Part shown: one piece after another, positions 1 through 9,372 of the stretch
Position numbering within the stretch: position 1 is the stretch's first letter
Layout of the letters: each line of letters starts with the position of its first letter
DNA from: a virus
DNA: 64,000 nucleotides
Reading direction: 5' to 3' (one strand)
Virus record (IMG/VR): IMGVR_UViG_3300045988_144119
Location: 13,719-77,718 of that record
Translations under genes and position numbers: made by a program
Notes under the pieces: model-generated
Database searches by the model: none
What the model was told of the DNA's origin: nothing
The model's input: the letters and a program-made list of their open reading frames with translations, nothing else

Positions 1-13
1 ACTGACAATTGAC

Positions 14-202
14 ATGAATGTTGAAGAGATAAAGCAAAAGAAGCAGGAGTTGGGCGAAAAGATAGCTGTTCTTCTGAATGGGTTTGAGGATGAAACCGGA
101 GTTCAAGTTTCTGATGTTGGATTTGTCCGTAGGGTTTCTTATAACGAATTAGGTCGTGAAGTTGGCAAAGAGTATGTGGTTGAGGTGAAAGTGGAGCTAT
201 GA
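14..202 (+). CDS. hypothetical small protein (62 aa)
   Basis: ATG-initiated ORF; its stop overlaps the next start (ATGA at 199-202), implying translational coupling; no motif recognised. Confidence 0.45.
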   Translation: MNVEEIKQKKQELGEKIAVLLNGFEDETGVQVSDVGFVRRVSYNELGREVGKEYVVEVKVEL

Positions 203-578
203 ACAGTAAATTTCAGATACGTCAGTTTGAGCTTACCATATACCCACGTAAGCTATGGGTTGTAAAGGGAGGCTCTTTTAAAGATATAGAACGCACTTTT
301 TATATCGAAGAATCTGAAGAGGTTGAGGATATGTTAAAATCATGCAAGGCTATTACGTTTAGAGCCTCGATAAAAGACGGTGATTGGTTAGGTGTTGTTG
401 TATATATAAAACAAAAAATGGGAATTAAGGACATAGCGCATGAGGCTCTTCATGTATCTTCCTTTATTTTTTCTGACATTGGTGTTAAAGGTGATTTTAC
501 AATGATGAGGCACAAGCTTATTTGGTAGGCTTTGCTGCCGATTGCATCAATCAAGTAGTGATAGGAAGGTATAAGTAG
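199..578 (+). CDS. small HExxH (HEALH) metallopeptidase-like protein, reading frame broken at a T4 run
   Basis: The frame of 199-528 carries HEALH. The -1 frame from 498 to the stop at 576-578 reads YNDEAQAYLVGFAADCINQVV. This aligns with GEEAQYLSGYVGQKMF after HEKGH in the paralog 35460-35882. The shift maps to tttt 495-498. Confidence 0.55.
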
Positions 579-808
579 CGATGATTTCTTTCTTTGGGGG
601 CGTTGTGTATTGTCGCAGCGTTTTTTATAATATGCTATTAAACATGTATAAATTAAATAAGAAATCCATTGCAATACAAATTTTAGCCTCTATATTTGCA
701 TCATAATTACGCTCATGGCTACGCATACCTTAAAGCTGTATTTGCAGCTTATCCTTGAATAATAGGTATGCTTACCCCTTGTTTTTTTACAAATAACTCA
801 TTAGTATT

Positions 809-1240
809 ATGGCATACAAAGCATTAGACATCGCAAATAAAATTATATCCAAAACAGATTTGGAACATGGTGATACTATATCAAATCTGAAATTGCAGAA
901 GATGATGTATTACCAACAAGGTTTCCATTTGGCATATTTTGGAACACCATTGTTTGATGAGGATATTGTTGCTTGGCAATATGGACCGGTTGTCCCTTCT
1001 GTATATAAGGAATATAAATCGTTTGAATCCAATTCTATATCGACTTCAAAAGAAGGTATATCTTTATCAGATGATGAAGAAGAACTTTTCAACAATGTTT
1101 ATGAGGAATACAACCAGTTTTCTGCTGTAGCCTTGATGAAAATGACACATGAAGAATCTCCTTGGAAAACCACGGAAATAAACTCTGTAATAAGCCGTGA
1201 TAAGATGATGGCGTTTTTCAAAACACAAATTGAAGCATAA
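809..1240 (+). CDS. Panacea / SocA-like (DUF4065) antitoxin-domain protein
   Basis: 143 aa; LKLQKMMYYQQGFHLAYFGTPLFDEDIVAWQYGPVVPSVY matches, from memory, the DUF4065/GepA/SocA signature. Confidence 0.7.
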   Translation: MAYKALDIANKIISKTDLEHGDTISNLKLQKMMYYQQGFHLAYFGTPLFDEDIVAWQYGPVVPSVYKEYKSFESNSISTSKEGISLSDDEEELFNNVYEEYNQFSAVALMKMTHEESPWKTTEINSVISRDKMMAFFKTQIEA

Positions 1241-1663
1241 ATGAGTGGCAAGTTTAAGTTAAAGCATAAAGATGTAAAGCCTAATTTAAAAGAAAAAGAG
1301 GTTGATGCGAGAAGCAAAGAACCTCTTTTCTGCTTTAAGTACTTGGATATGAAAACATCTTTAAAAGGATGTGATAATAGTGTGTTCAAGGATTTTGTAA
1401 CGAGGATGCAAAAATTGTGCTGTCTTACTTGGAAAGATATAAACGTTTCCGGGAAACACCAGTATGGTTTTGAAATGATACCAATCAAACAGTTGAAGCC
1501 AACATCCCTTCCTGCAATAATCACAGAGGATATTAAAGAACTTGCTGTTTTCAGATATAGTGGCGATAACCGCCCTTTCGTATGTCTAATAATGGACTGT
1601 GTGATATACCCTATATTCATAGAAGCTAAATTCGGTGATATATACGACCACGGAAGTAAATAA
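1241..1663 (+). CDS. putative toxin partner of the Panacea-domain protein (family not recognised)
   Basis: 140-aa ORF starting 1 nt after the upstream stop (taaATG), same strand, followed by a terminator; functional call is purely contextual. Confidence 0.4.
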   Translation: MSGKFKLKHKDVKPNLKEKEVDARSKEPLFCFKYLDMKTSLKGCDNSVFKDFVTRMQKLCCLTWKDINVSGKHQYGFEMIPIKQLKPTSLPAIITEDIKELAVFRYSGDNRPFVCLIMDCVIYPIFIEAKFGDIYDHGSK

Positions 1664-1683
1664 TAACAGATTTATCATACGTA

Positions 1684-1719
1684 GAAGCGGTAGGATGTTC
1701 TCTTACCGCTTCATTTTTA
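1684..1719 (+). terminator. rho-independent terminator candidate
   Basis: GAAGCGGTA (1684-1692) pairs with TACCGCTTC (1704-1712), followed by a T-rich run (attttta). Confidence 0.6.
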
Positions 1720-1852
1720 TTGTATAACTACACGTAAAGCCGGACCCTTAGAGTTAGCGTTAATGGGCACTTTGCTTTCTAACATGCCTCTTTTTTTGCT
1801 CCATTGTGGATTATGTGGTAATTTTGCGACGTTTAACTAAAAAATATATCGT

Positions 1853-2779
1853 ATGAAAAAGATTCTATTATTAGCTTTATTTGCGTTGGATTTTGTGGCG
1901 TGTGATTCACATAAAGGATTTGATTCATTAGAAGAAATGAAAGCCAAAAGCTCAAATATAAAGGGGGTGTATGGATTCACTATGGGTGATGATTATGATA
2001 AAGTAGCTCTGCAATGCAAATCTATGGGATATGATGTTGTTGATACTTTAAGTGAATTTGTTGAACTAATAAACAACGATAATTATAAGTCAGATATAAA
2101 AGACTGGAGATTTTTCATAGCAGAAAAGAATGGTATAAGTCAATTATCTTTGGAATTTTATGAAGGTAAACTCTGTATAATAAGAGGATTTGGTGATTTA
2201 AGAAGCAAAGGTGAAAAGAATATAGCAAAGAATATTATGGATAATTATGGGTTGGGGATAAGTTTCGATACACTTTATTCTAAATATAAAAATTTCCCTT
2301 TATCAGAGATGAAAGAGATGATAAGACATCCGATTTTAGATAGGGAAGACCATTATTACGTGAACGATTCTTTGTTATTATCTTGTATTCTTGACAATCG
2401 CAGTTTATCATATATGGTGGTATGCACACTAAACCCATACGCAATGGCTCTTAATGGCAAGGCTCTTGCATTGAAAAGAGAATTTCAAAAAACATTATTT
2501 GGAGGAAGCCATTCTAATAGTTCTAATAGCGATGGGAATAATGTCCGTGGTCGTGGAACAATGGATAAAGATGATAAAGAATACTGGAACAGTGTAAACA
2601 GAGAAAAGAAGCTCCGTGACATGGGTATGAAGGATGCTGCTGAATTGGAACGTAAGGCGAGAATAAGATATTTAGAAGGTAGCGGCTATCATTCAAAAGA
2701 CGGTAGTAACCAAGTCCATTTTCAAGGCAGTAAAGAACAAGAGGAGCAATTAAAGCAGATGGACGAAATGGGGTGGTAA
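1853..2779 (+). CDS. lipoprotein (308 aa), function unknown
   Basis: N-terminus MKKILLLALFALDFVAC has a signal peptide plus lipobox Cys; the C-terminal part is charged and low-complexity. Confidence 0.7.
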   Translation: MKKILLLALFALDFVACDSHKGFDSLEEMKAKSSNIKGVYGFTMGDDYDKVALQCKSMGYDVVDTLSEFVELINNDNYKSDIKDWRFFIAEKNGISQLSLEFYEGKLCIIRGFGDLRSKGEKNIAKNIMDNYGLGISFDTLYSKYKNFPLSEMKEMIRHPILDREDHYYVNDSLLLSCILDNRSLSYMVVCTLNPYAMALNGKALALKREFQKTLFGGSHSNSSNSDGNNVRGRGTMDKDDKEYWNSVNREKKLRDMGMKDAAELERKARIRYLEGSGYHSKDGSNQVHFQGSKEQEEQLKQMDEMGW

Positions 2780-2787
2780 AAATGAAG

Positions 2788-2822
2788 AGGCACTCTACTT
2801 CTCGCAAGCGGAGTGCCTTTGT
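2788..2822. terminator. bidirectional hairpin between convergent genes
   Basis: AGGCACTC (2788-2795) pairs with GAGTGCCT (2811-2818), T-run follows; lies between the + lipoprotein gene and the - tape measure gene. Confidence 0.6.
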
Positions 2823-2830
2823 ATTAATAC

Positions 2831-5800
2831 CTATTGCATAAACACCCTAATCCCAGCCCCTTTGGAATTTGCGCTTGGTGCAAACACACGGTCTATCCTG
2901 TCCGAAAGGATTTCCAAATACCTCGTCTGCGCCCTCAACTCAACAAGCATGGGGTTAGATTCGCCCGATTGGGATTCTAAGCTGTAGTGGGCCTCTAATA
3001 GCACTCTGATTGCGGCTATGTCAGTTGTCTGTTGATTGACAAAGAACCTAATAGAATTAAGTAATGCTTCAAGAACTTTTGCTGTGGTTTCTGATATACC
3101 TTGTATACTTTGAGTAAGTGCCGACAATTCAGCCTTTTTGTTAGGCTTGTACCCCAAAGTTTCCATCAATGCGAGAAGGTCTTCATTTAGCCCTTCAAGA
3201 GCCGTTTTACCGATTGATTGGATGTTTGCAAGCTCTTCTTTAGTGAGGTTAATCCCTCCTACGCTCCCCTCTGTAACAGATTCATCTATTTTCTCAAACA
3301 GCTCCTTCAAACGCCCTTGCGCAAGTCTCATTGTAGCTTGTTTGACGATAAGATTTTCAATAAAACTATCAAAGTTTTCATTAAGGGCTTTTAGTCCATC
3401 TTCTGTTTCATTGAAAGCATCCATCCATGCTTGAACAAATGAAGAGGCGGCATCCTTATATTCTGACTCCCCACCTATACCTCCTAATTCTAATTTCTGT
3501 TGGTCTAAAATTTCTTGTCTTGTCTTTTTCAGTTCATTTATAGCATCATTCCATTCATCAATACGTCCTCTATCAGAATCTTTCTTTGCCTCTTCTGAGT
3601 TAATCATATTTTCATATGATTCAATCTGTTGGTCTAAATTGGCTATTGTATCTTTGGTTTGTGTACGAAGATCATCTGCACTCCAAGCGGCTTCCATCTT
3701 CTCCTTTAACTCATCGTATGCCCTACCAAGTGATTCTATATTCTTTATTTGCCGTTGGATTTCACGTTCTTTCTTCTTGTTCTTATTGCCAATGCCGAAT
3801 ATGCTACCGATTGTCTTGCCAAGTCCGGTGAGTACATTCAGAGAGCTACTTATTGGCTTTGTTATGTCAAAACTTTCAAGAGAACCGAATAATGCACCTA
3901 CACCATCTAAAATTTCATAAAGGTCTTCTCCTATTGCAACACCGAAACTATCCTCCAACATGTGAGCAAAGTCTGATACCGAATTTGTAATACCCGATAT
4001 ACTTTCAACCATACCTCCACCCATATCAATCTTTCCAAGAGATTGTATTATCCCTTGTAGCTTTTGAGCCTGTTGCGACAAAGCTCTGTTGGCAGCATCA
4101 TATCCGGCTACTATCTCGTCTTGCTTTTTCTTCTTGTCAACTAATAAATCGTAGTTATTTTGTTCAACTTCATATTCTTCAAATGCTGCATCTATATTTT
4201 CAGTAGCGGATTCATAAGCTGCTTTCTTTTCTGCTACTATTTTACTTTGCGTGCGTAATTGTTCCTCATATTTTGCTTGCAAATCTCTCGCTTTAGCCTC
4301 GTCCTTCTCATTTTTTGCATTTTCTTTACGGAGCTTTGTATATTCCTTGAGAGATTTTGTTAACTTATTCCACGGGTCTCTTTGGTTAAGCTGTTTGTCA
4401 AGTTTTTCTTCTTGCTCCATTATTTGCTTCAACTCTGTAGGTGACAAGTCTTTTGATTCCTCACGCATTTTCACAAGCTTATCTTTCATGCTTTGCAATG
4501 CTGCGGTAGAATAATATTCTATATTGTCAAACAGGTTAAGATAGCTGTCCGATGAAGTAAATTCCTTCCATGCGTTATTTGCTGACTTTTTATTGTACAT
4601 CTTAGTCGCATTTTCTTCCAATCTCTTTTGTAAATCTGGAGCGTTTTGGAATTTATCACGTATCTCTTCTAAGTCTTTGTAATACTGTTCATCGAGCTGT
4701 AATTGTTCTGAAAGCTGAGTTTTGTATGATTTGACCAGCCTTTCGGTAGTATCTTGTTGCTCCTTTATGCGCTGCTGATTCAACTTATCCAAATCGGCTA
4801 AGTATTGCTTGTTTGCGTCGGTATCTGCAACAAGGTACTCTCCTTTTGGGAAATTCTTTTCGTATGACGCTTTCATTTCTTTTTCGACATCATCCAATGT
4901 CTTAGCAAGTCCGGGGAACAAAGCCTGCACTTCGGCTTCGGACAGTCCTGCATCTTTCAGCTTCTGGTGTAAGTCTAAGCTGTTGAACATGGATTCTATG
5001 TTCTTCTTGGTCTTGTCGAGCTGTTTCTTAATATTTTCTACATCATCGCTATCCAGCAGTTGATATGAATCATTTATAGCACCTTGCTTCTTCCTAAAAT
5101 CTGTGATTATCTTTGAAATTTCCTGCAATGCTTTTGCTATATTCTGCTTGTTTGGCAAAAACGCATCTCCAATGATGTTCTTTGGCATATTCACGTTTTT
5201 GAGAGAATCTGCATAACGCTCCATAACAGTCTTAGCAGCCTTATCGCTGCCCATTACCTTGCTCAGCTTCTCGTATTCCTTATTAAGCTCTTTAATAAGA
5301 GAAATGCGCTCTGCTAATATGTCACGTTTATGTTTGGAGTCTGATTCAGGTTCTTCTTTATTTATCCCTGGTCTAAGAGGAACTTTTATATCTCCCAAAT
5401 TATATATATCGTATGCAAGTTGCTTTTTTATATCAGACCATTCTTTGGAAAATTCTCCTTTATTGATTAAAATCTTAAATTGTTCCCTTGTCTTATTACC
5501 TTTTATTACCTCATCATTTACAGAATCAAATATTTCACGTATTTCTTTAACTGCTTTTTCTTTATCTTTCTCCCAATCTTTCCTTGTTCCAAGAAACGAG
5601 CTAGCGATAGAACTTTTCTTACCTGCAAAAAGGACCCCGTTCTGTAACTTCTCCAAGTAGTCCGCAAGCCTTTTGTAGTAGTCGATTAAATCCTCTCCTT
5701 CTTTTTTCCCCTTTACAAGTTCTTGTATGTATTCTTTTGCTCCTTTACCCAAGGAAGTTGATTCTTCTGAAAGCCTTAATAGTTCAGCTTGTATTTTATT

Positions 5801-7912
5801 ACCTTTCGCTATAAAATCATTGAAAGAGTTCTCATACTCGTCTAAATCAGTTTCAATATCATCATCCCCTATCAGCCATCCCTTCTTCCTATTTTCTGCA
5901 TAATTAGCTTCAATTTTTCTAATATCTTCTAAAAAGTCTGTATATTGTTTTCTGTACTCTTCAAATTGCTCTTTTGCTTCTTTTTCTGATATATTGGGCT
6001 TTATCTGTATTTCAAATCCTTCATTATTCATCTCTTTCACAAGAGAGGACAATGCGTTCCTTGTATTATTTTTAGCTATTTCGTCTATTTCTCCTACCCT
6101 TAACTGAGCAGTATAATACTTGTTGCTACTTTCTCTCAACATTTTGTTATATTGGGAATGAACGTTCCACAACTCATTAACAAGTTGTAAGGCTACTCCA
6201 AGAGCCATTAATGGAGGAGATGATTTAAAAGCAAGCCCTAAAGAGCGTAATGAAGTTTCTGCTTTTGTTAAAGCAAAAGATAATAAGCTTACTTCTTTGG
6301 TAATAGCTTTTATTTTAGGTACTAATAGCAATGATCCTACTACGACACCAAACGTCTTTGCCACTTCAGCAACTGTTTCCCAATTATCAATCAATACCTT
6401 AATTGAATCAATAGAACCTTTTAGTGTATCTTCGTTAGCTTTACCGATGGAGTTAAGCATCACATCAATACTGTCCTTCAAGTTGGAAATTTTACCTTGT
6501 AAAGTTTCAGCTTGGATTTCTTGCATATTGTAGAAAATACCCTCTTTGGAAGTCAAGTTTTCAAACACTTGTTCAACATCCTCAAATGTAACCTTACGTT
6601 TGGAAATCATATCTACAATCTGTGCCGTGGTATAATCTGCTTGGTCTCTTGTTTTGAACAACTTTTGAAGTTCCCCATACATATTGATACCTGCTTCCGT
6701 AAACTGACGAACTTCTGTACCACGCAAATATGCTGCCGCTTTGACCTGCCCATAAGCAAGGATAAGTCTGCCCATATCCACACCTAAACCAGCAGATACA
6801 TCGGCAAGTCGTTTTGTCGTATCATATAACTTGTCGCTCTCAATACGGTATGCTGCAAGCTGTTTTGTGAATGTAACCAATTCCTTAATTTGAAATGGCG
6901 ACTTTACGGCAAGTTGGACAGTCTTGTTGAAAATTTGGTCTGCCTGTGATTTATTTTGTAAGATTGCTTGTAACGAACGCTGCTGCAATTCAAATTCACC
7001 GCGCACTTTTGCCAACTTGCTGATATACCCTTCAATCTGTGACACGGAGAACAACAAAGCAAGCTGACGGCTTAATTGCCCGGCTGTATCCATCAGGTTG
7101 CGATGGCGTGTGGCAAGCTGCTGTGATTTGACTCCTACTTCCGTCAATGCTTGGTTGTGTTTTGCAATGGCTTGGTTTATCTGTTCAAGCATGCTCTTAT
7201 AGTTCGCATCGGTAGTGTTCAAAGACAAACGAGCTTTTTTCAGGTACTCTATAGCTTGTACGTTCTGTTGCAGAGACTTTGCATTTTTAGAATAATCTAA
7301 TGCGCCTTGTGGAGTTGATCGCTGTGCATTTGCTAAATCCGCTGCCGCCTTTGCAGCACGTTTATCCGCTGCCGCCTTACGTTGTGCAGCCTTTTCCGCA
7401 GATTGGGCACGTTGCTCGTCCGTCTTTCGTTGCTCGTCAAGCTCCATCTTCATGTAGCGCATGGCTTCTACCGCAGCCTTTTGTTGCGGCTTTGACAAGT
7501 CCATGTTATCAACGTATTTTTTCAAATCCGAATATCCCTGCTTCAATCCGGATATATTAAAGTTAGCAAATGAACCTTCTCCGATTTTATTGTTTCCTAT
7601 TCTGTTTAGCAAATCTGCCGCACGTGAAAGGCTTTCGTTCAGAGAAGTAGTCTTTCTTGTAGTCTCTTCCGCACCTTTCCCTGCTCCTTCAAATGGATTA
7701 CCTTTTATAGCATCTATCTTTTTGGCTAACGAAGTAATCACACTTTCCAATTTACTCGTATCCATTACCACACTGCCAAACCCGTTTTTCAATGCATCTG
7801 CTGCTGTATGGGCGTGCTTCTCTATCTTCTCTAGCTTCTCATCGAAACTATCCAACTTCTTTAATACATCAGGGGTTATGTTGAGGAAAGCTCCTGCTTC
7901 GTTATTTGCCAT
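2831..7912 (-). CDS. tail tape measure protein (1693 aa)
   Basis: Very long coiled-coil/low-complexity ORF directly downstream of the G/GT chaperone pair, the conserved siphovirus order. Confidence 0.9.
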   Translation of the reverse strand: MANNEAGAFLNITPDVLKKLDSFDEKLEKIEKHAHTAADALKNGFGSVVMDTSKLESVITSLAKKIDAIKGNPFEGAGKGAEETTRKTTSLNESLSRAADLLNRIGNNKIGEGSFANFNISGLKQGYSDLKKYVDNMDLSKPQQKAAVEAMRYMKMELDEQRKTDEQRAQSAEKAAQRKAAADKRAAKAAADLANAQRSTPQGALDYSKNAKSLQQNVQAIEYLKKARLSLNTTDANYKSMLEQINQAIAKHNQALTEVGVKSQQLATRHRNLMDTAGQLSRQLALLFSVSQIEGYISKLAKVRGEFELQQRSLQAILQNKSQADQIFNKTVQLAVKSPFQIKELVTFTKQLAAYRIESDKLYDTTKRLADVSAGLGVDMGRLILAYGQVKAAAYLRGTEVRQFTEAGINMYGELQKLFKTRDQADYTTAQIVDMISKRKVTFEDVEQVFENLTSKEGIFYNMQEIQAETLQGKISNLKDSIDVMLNSIGKANEDTLKGSIDSIKVLIDNWETVAEVAKTFGVVVGSLLLVPKIKAITKEVSLLSFALTKAETSLRSLGLAFKSSPPLMALGVALQLVNELWNVHSQYNKMLRESSNKYYTAQLRVGEIDEIAKNNTRNALSSLVKEMNNEGFEIQIKPNISEKEAKEQFEEYRKQYTDFLEDIRKIEANYAENRKKGWLIGDDDIETDLDEYENSFNDFIAKGNKIQAELLRLSEESTSLGKGAKEYIQELVKGKKEGEDLIDYYKRLADYLEKLQNGVLFAGKKSSIASSFLGTRKDWEKDKEKAVKEIREIFDSVNDEVIKGNKTREQFKILINKGEFSKEWSDIKKQLAYDIYNLGDIKVPLRPGINKEEPESDSKHKRDILAERISLIKELNKEYEKLSKVMGSDKAAKTVMERYADSLKNVNMPKNIIGDAFLPNKQNIAKALQEISKIITDFRKKQGAINDSYQLLDSDDVENIKKQLDKTKKNIESMFNSLDLHQKLKDAGLSEAEVQALFPGLAKTLDDVEKEMKASYEKNFPKGEYLVADTDANKQYLADLDKLNQQRIKEQQDTTERLVKSYKTQLSEQLQLDEQYYKDLEEIRDKFQNAPDLQKRLEENATKMYNKKSANNAWKEFTSSDSYLNLFDNIEYYSTAALQSMKDKLVKMREESKDLSPTELKQIMEQEEKLDKQLNQRDPWNKLTKSLKEYTKLRKENAKNEKDEAKARDLQAKYEEQLRTQSKIVAEKKAAYESATENIDAAFEEYEVEQNNYDLLVDKKKKQDEIVAGYDAANRALSQQAQKLQGIIQSLGKIDMGGGMVESISGITNSVSDFAHMLEDSFGVAIGEDLYEILDGVGALFGSLESFDITKPISSSLNVLTGLGKTIGSIFGIGNKNKKKEREIQRQIKNIESLGRAYDELKEKMEAAWSADDLRTQTKDTIANLDQQIESYENMINSEEAKKDSDRGRIDEWNDAINELKKTRQEILDQQKLELGGIGGESEYKDAASSFVQAWMDAFNETEDGLKALNENFDSFIENLIVKQATMRLAQGRLKELFEKIDESVTEGSVGGINLTKEELANIQSIGKTALEGLNEDLLALMETLGYKPNKKAELSALTQSIQGISETTAKVLEALLNSIRFFVNQQTTDIAAIRVLLEAHYSLESQSGESNPMLVELRAQTRYLEILSDRIDRVFAPSANSKGAGIRVFMQ

Positions 7913-7916
7913 ATCG

Positions 7917-8243
7917 TTATCCTTTTTTATTAATTATGGGCATACCCAAATCATTCAAGTTCTTCAAATCGTCAACACTTCCTATTTTGCTGACCTTCTT
8001 TTTTTTCTTGTCCTTGTTTCCGTATTCTACATGGGAAAAATCAAACGAGCTTAACCGGATCTGTCCAACCGTCATTCCCCATAAATATTCGTCACGAGAG
8101 CACCAAGTGTTGGAGCGCAGAAAATCAATCATCTGCCCCCACTCTGTACGGGATATTATCAGTTTTGTTCCGTTTTCTTCGTCTTCCTCGTCAAAGTCAT
8201 TTCCCTCACGGTCTGAATCACATTGGTACTCTCGAAAAAAAAA
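7917..8243 (-). CDS. tail assembly chaperone, -1 frameshift extension (T part of G/GT)
   Basis: The -1 frame is open with no stops from the T9 slippery run (8243-8235) through the annotated 71-aa ORF (8132-7917); I translated it by hand. Confidence 0.75.
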   Translation of the reverse strand, partial: FFFREYQCDSDREGNDFDEEDEENGTKLIISRTEWGQMIDFLRSNTWCSRDEYLWGMTVGQIRLSSFDFSHVEYGNKDKKKKKVSKIGSVDDLKNLNDLGMPIINKKG

Positions 8244-8722
8244 TCCGTGCTTATGAGGTTAAGGATTTCACCAAGCAATAATGCCCAGTCCTTTATGTCG
8301 TAATCTCTCCATATCAAAAGGTCAAAGACCTTGTGGTAGTCATCTGATAGTTCTTTTTTCTCATAATCAGAGAATATCCTGTCCCTGTCATTGAGAAGTG
8401 CAAGCGTTATCACGTGTGCAACTGCCGGTAGATTTACCGAGAACTCTTTGATAACATCTCCCATACTTAACTTCTCTCCCTTCACAATCTGACACGCTTG
8501 TTCGGCTATAAGCCATTGAACACCGGGCTTCAATCCTTTAATACGCCACTCCGTACCGTGAAGTTTTACAATGCTTGGGCTGTCATTCATTATCCTTGCC
8601 AAACGTTCCATTGACTCATCAGATATAGGAGTACAAGCCGTTACAACATTTGTCTTTAGTCCTGTATCTTTTTTCTTTGCTCTATATACTGCCATGATTA
8701 TAAACATGAAGGGCGGCGGCAT
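8159..8722 (-). CDS. tail assembly chaperone (G)
   Basis: 187-aa ORF between the tail tube slot and the tape measure gene; contains the slippery run near its end. Confidence 0.75.
   Translation of the reverse strand: MPPPFMFIIMAVYRAKKKDTGLKTNVVTACTPISDESMERLARIMNDSPSIVKLHGTEWRIKGLKPGVQWLIAEQACQIVKGEKLSMGDVIKEFSVNLPAVAHVITLALLNDRDRIFSDYEKKELSDDYHKVFDLLIWRDYDIKDWALLLGEILNLISTDFFFESTNVIQTVREMTLTRKTKKTEQN
8235..8243 (-). promoter_or_regulatory. programmed -1 ribosomal frameshift slippery run (U9)
   Basis: The minus strand reads GAT TTT TTT TTC (DFFF) near the 3' end of the G gene; sliding back 1 nt enters the open T frame. Confidence 0.7.
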
Positions 8723-8770
8723 ATAAGCCTACCGCCCGTAAACACTCTAGTTATCTATTATGAACAAGTT

Positions 8771-9340
8771 TTATTTGGGTAAAGTATAAGCTGAATCTAC
8801 ATAAAACGGTGTTCTGATAGTTCTATCTCCATCGGCGATATTTGCATCATACGCTGTTCCTGCAAGGTTGATACGACCCACATTAGAGTTCAAAGATTCA
8901 AGCATTATTTTTGAGTTAAGTTGGACTTTTGGAACCACAAATGCAGTCATCGTTTCTCCTTCCTCAAACACTACGTCAATCTTTGCATACAACTTCTTGT
9001 ATTGAGCCGGAGCAAAGTATTTAGTAGAGACAGTAGTTCCTGCCGTAAATCCCATGAGAGCGACCAATAGGTCTTTTTGTGTATCTGCAACCTCAGCTGT
9101 AAACTGGTATTTGCCAAGCTTCACGATGGAAAGAATGGGGCTGTCGGAAGTTTCGCACTCGATGTCGTTTACATCGTTATCGTCTTGAGCGATTGAAGTG
9201 GTATCCTCAACTACATCTTCAAGGATATAAGAGTCACCCTCTGGCACATCGTCTTGTTCAGAGCCAGTGAACAGAGTTGTCACGATGTAAGAAGGCTTGA
9301 TGAATTTTTTGGCTGTTGCGCCAGTCTTGTTTACTGCCAT
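8771..9340 (-). CDS. major tail (tube) protein candidate
   Basis: 189 aa, immediately upstream in transcription order of the G/GT pair; call is positional. Confidence 0.55.
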   Translation of the reverse strand: MAVNKTGATAKKFIKPSYIVTTLFTGSEQDDVPEGDSYILEDVVEDTTSIAQDDNDVNDIECETSDSPILSIVKLGKYQFTAEVADTQKDLLVALMGFTAGTTVSTKYFAPAQYKKLYAKIDVVFEEGETMTAFVVPKVQLNSKIMLESLNSNVGRINLAGTAYDANIADGDRTIRTPFYVDSAYTLPK

Positions 9341-9372
9341 AATTAAAAAATGTTATCCTGTTAATAATCTGT

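Noticed and set aside
3138-8256. Many plus-strand ORFs of 70-200 aa inside and around the tape measure gene (for example 7461-8054 and 5259-5660)
   Set aside because: They are antisense to a 1693-aa ORF and Ser/Phe/Leu-rich, as expected from the reverse complement of a K/E-rich gene. They have no independent support.
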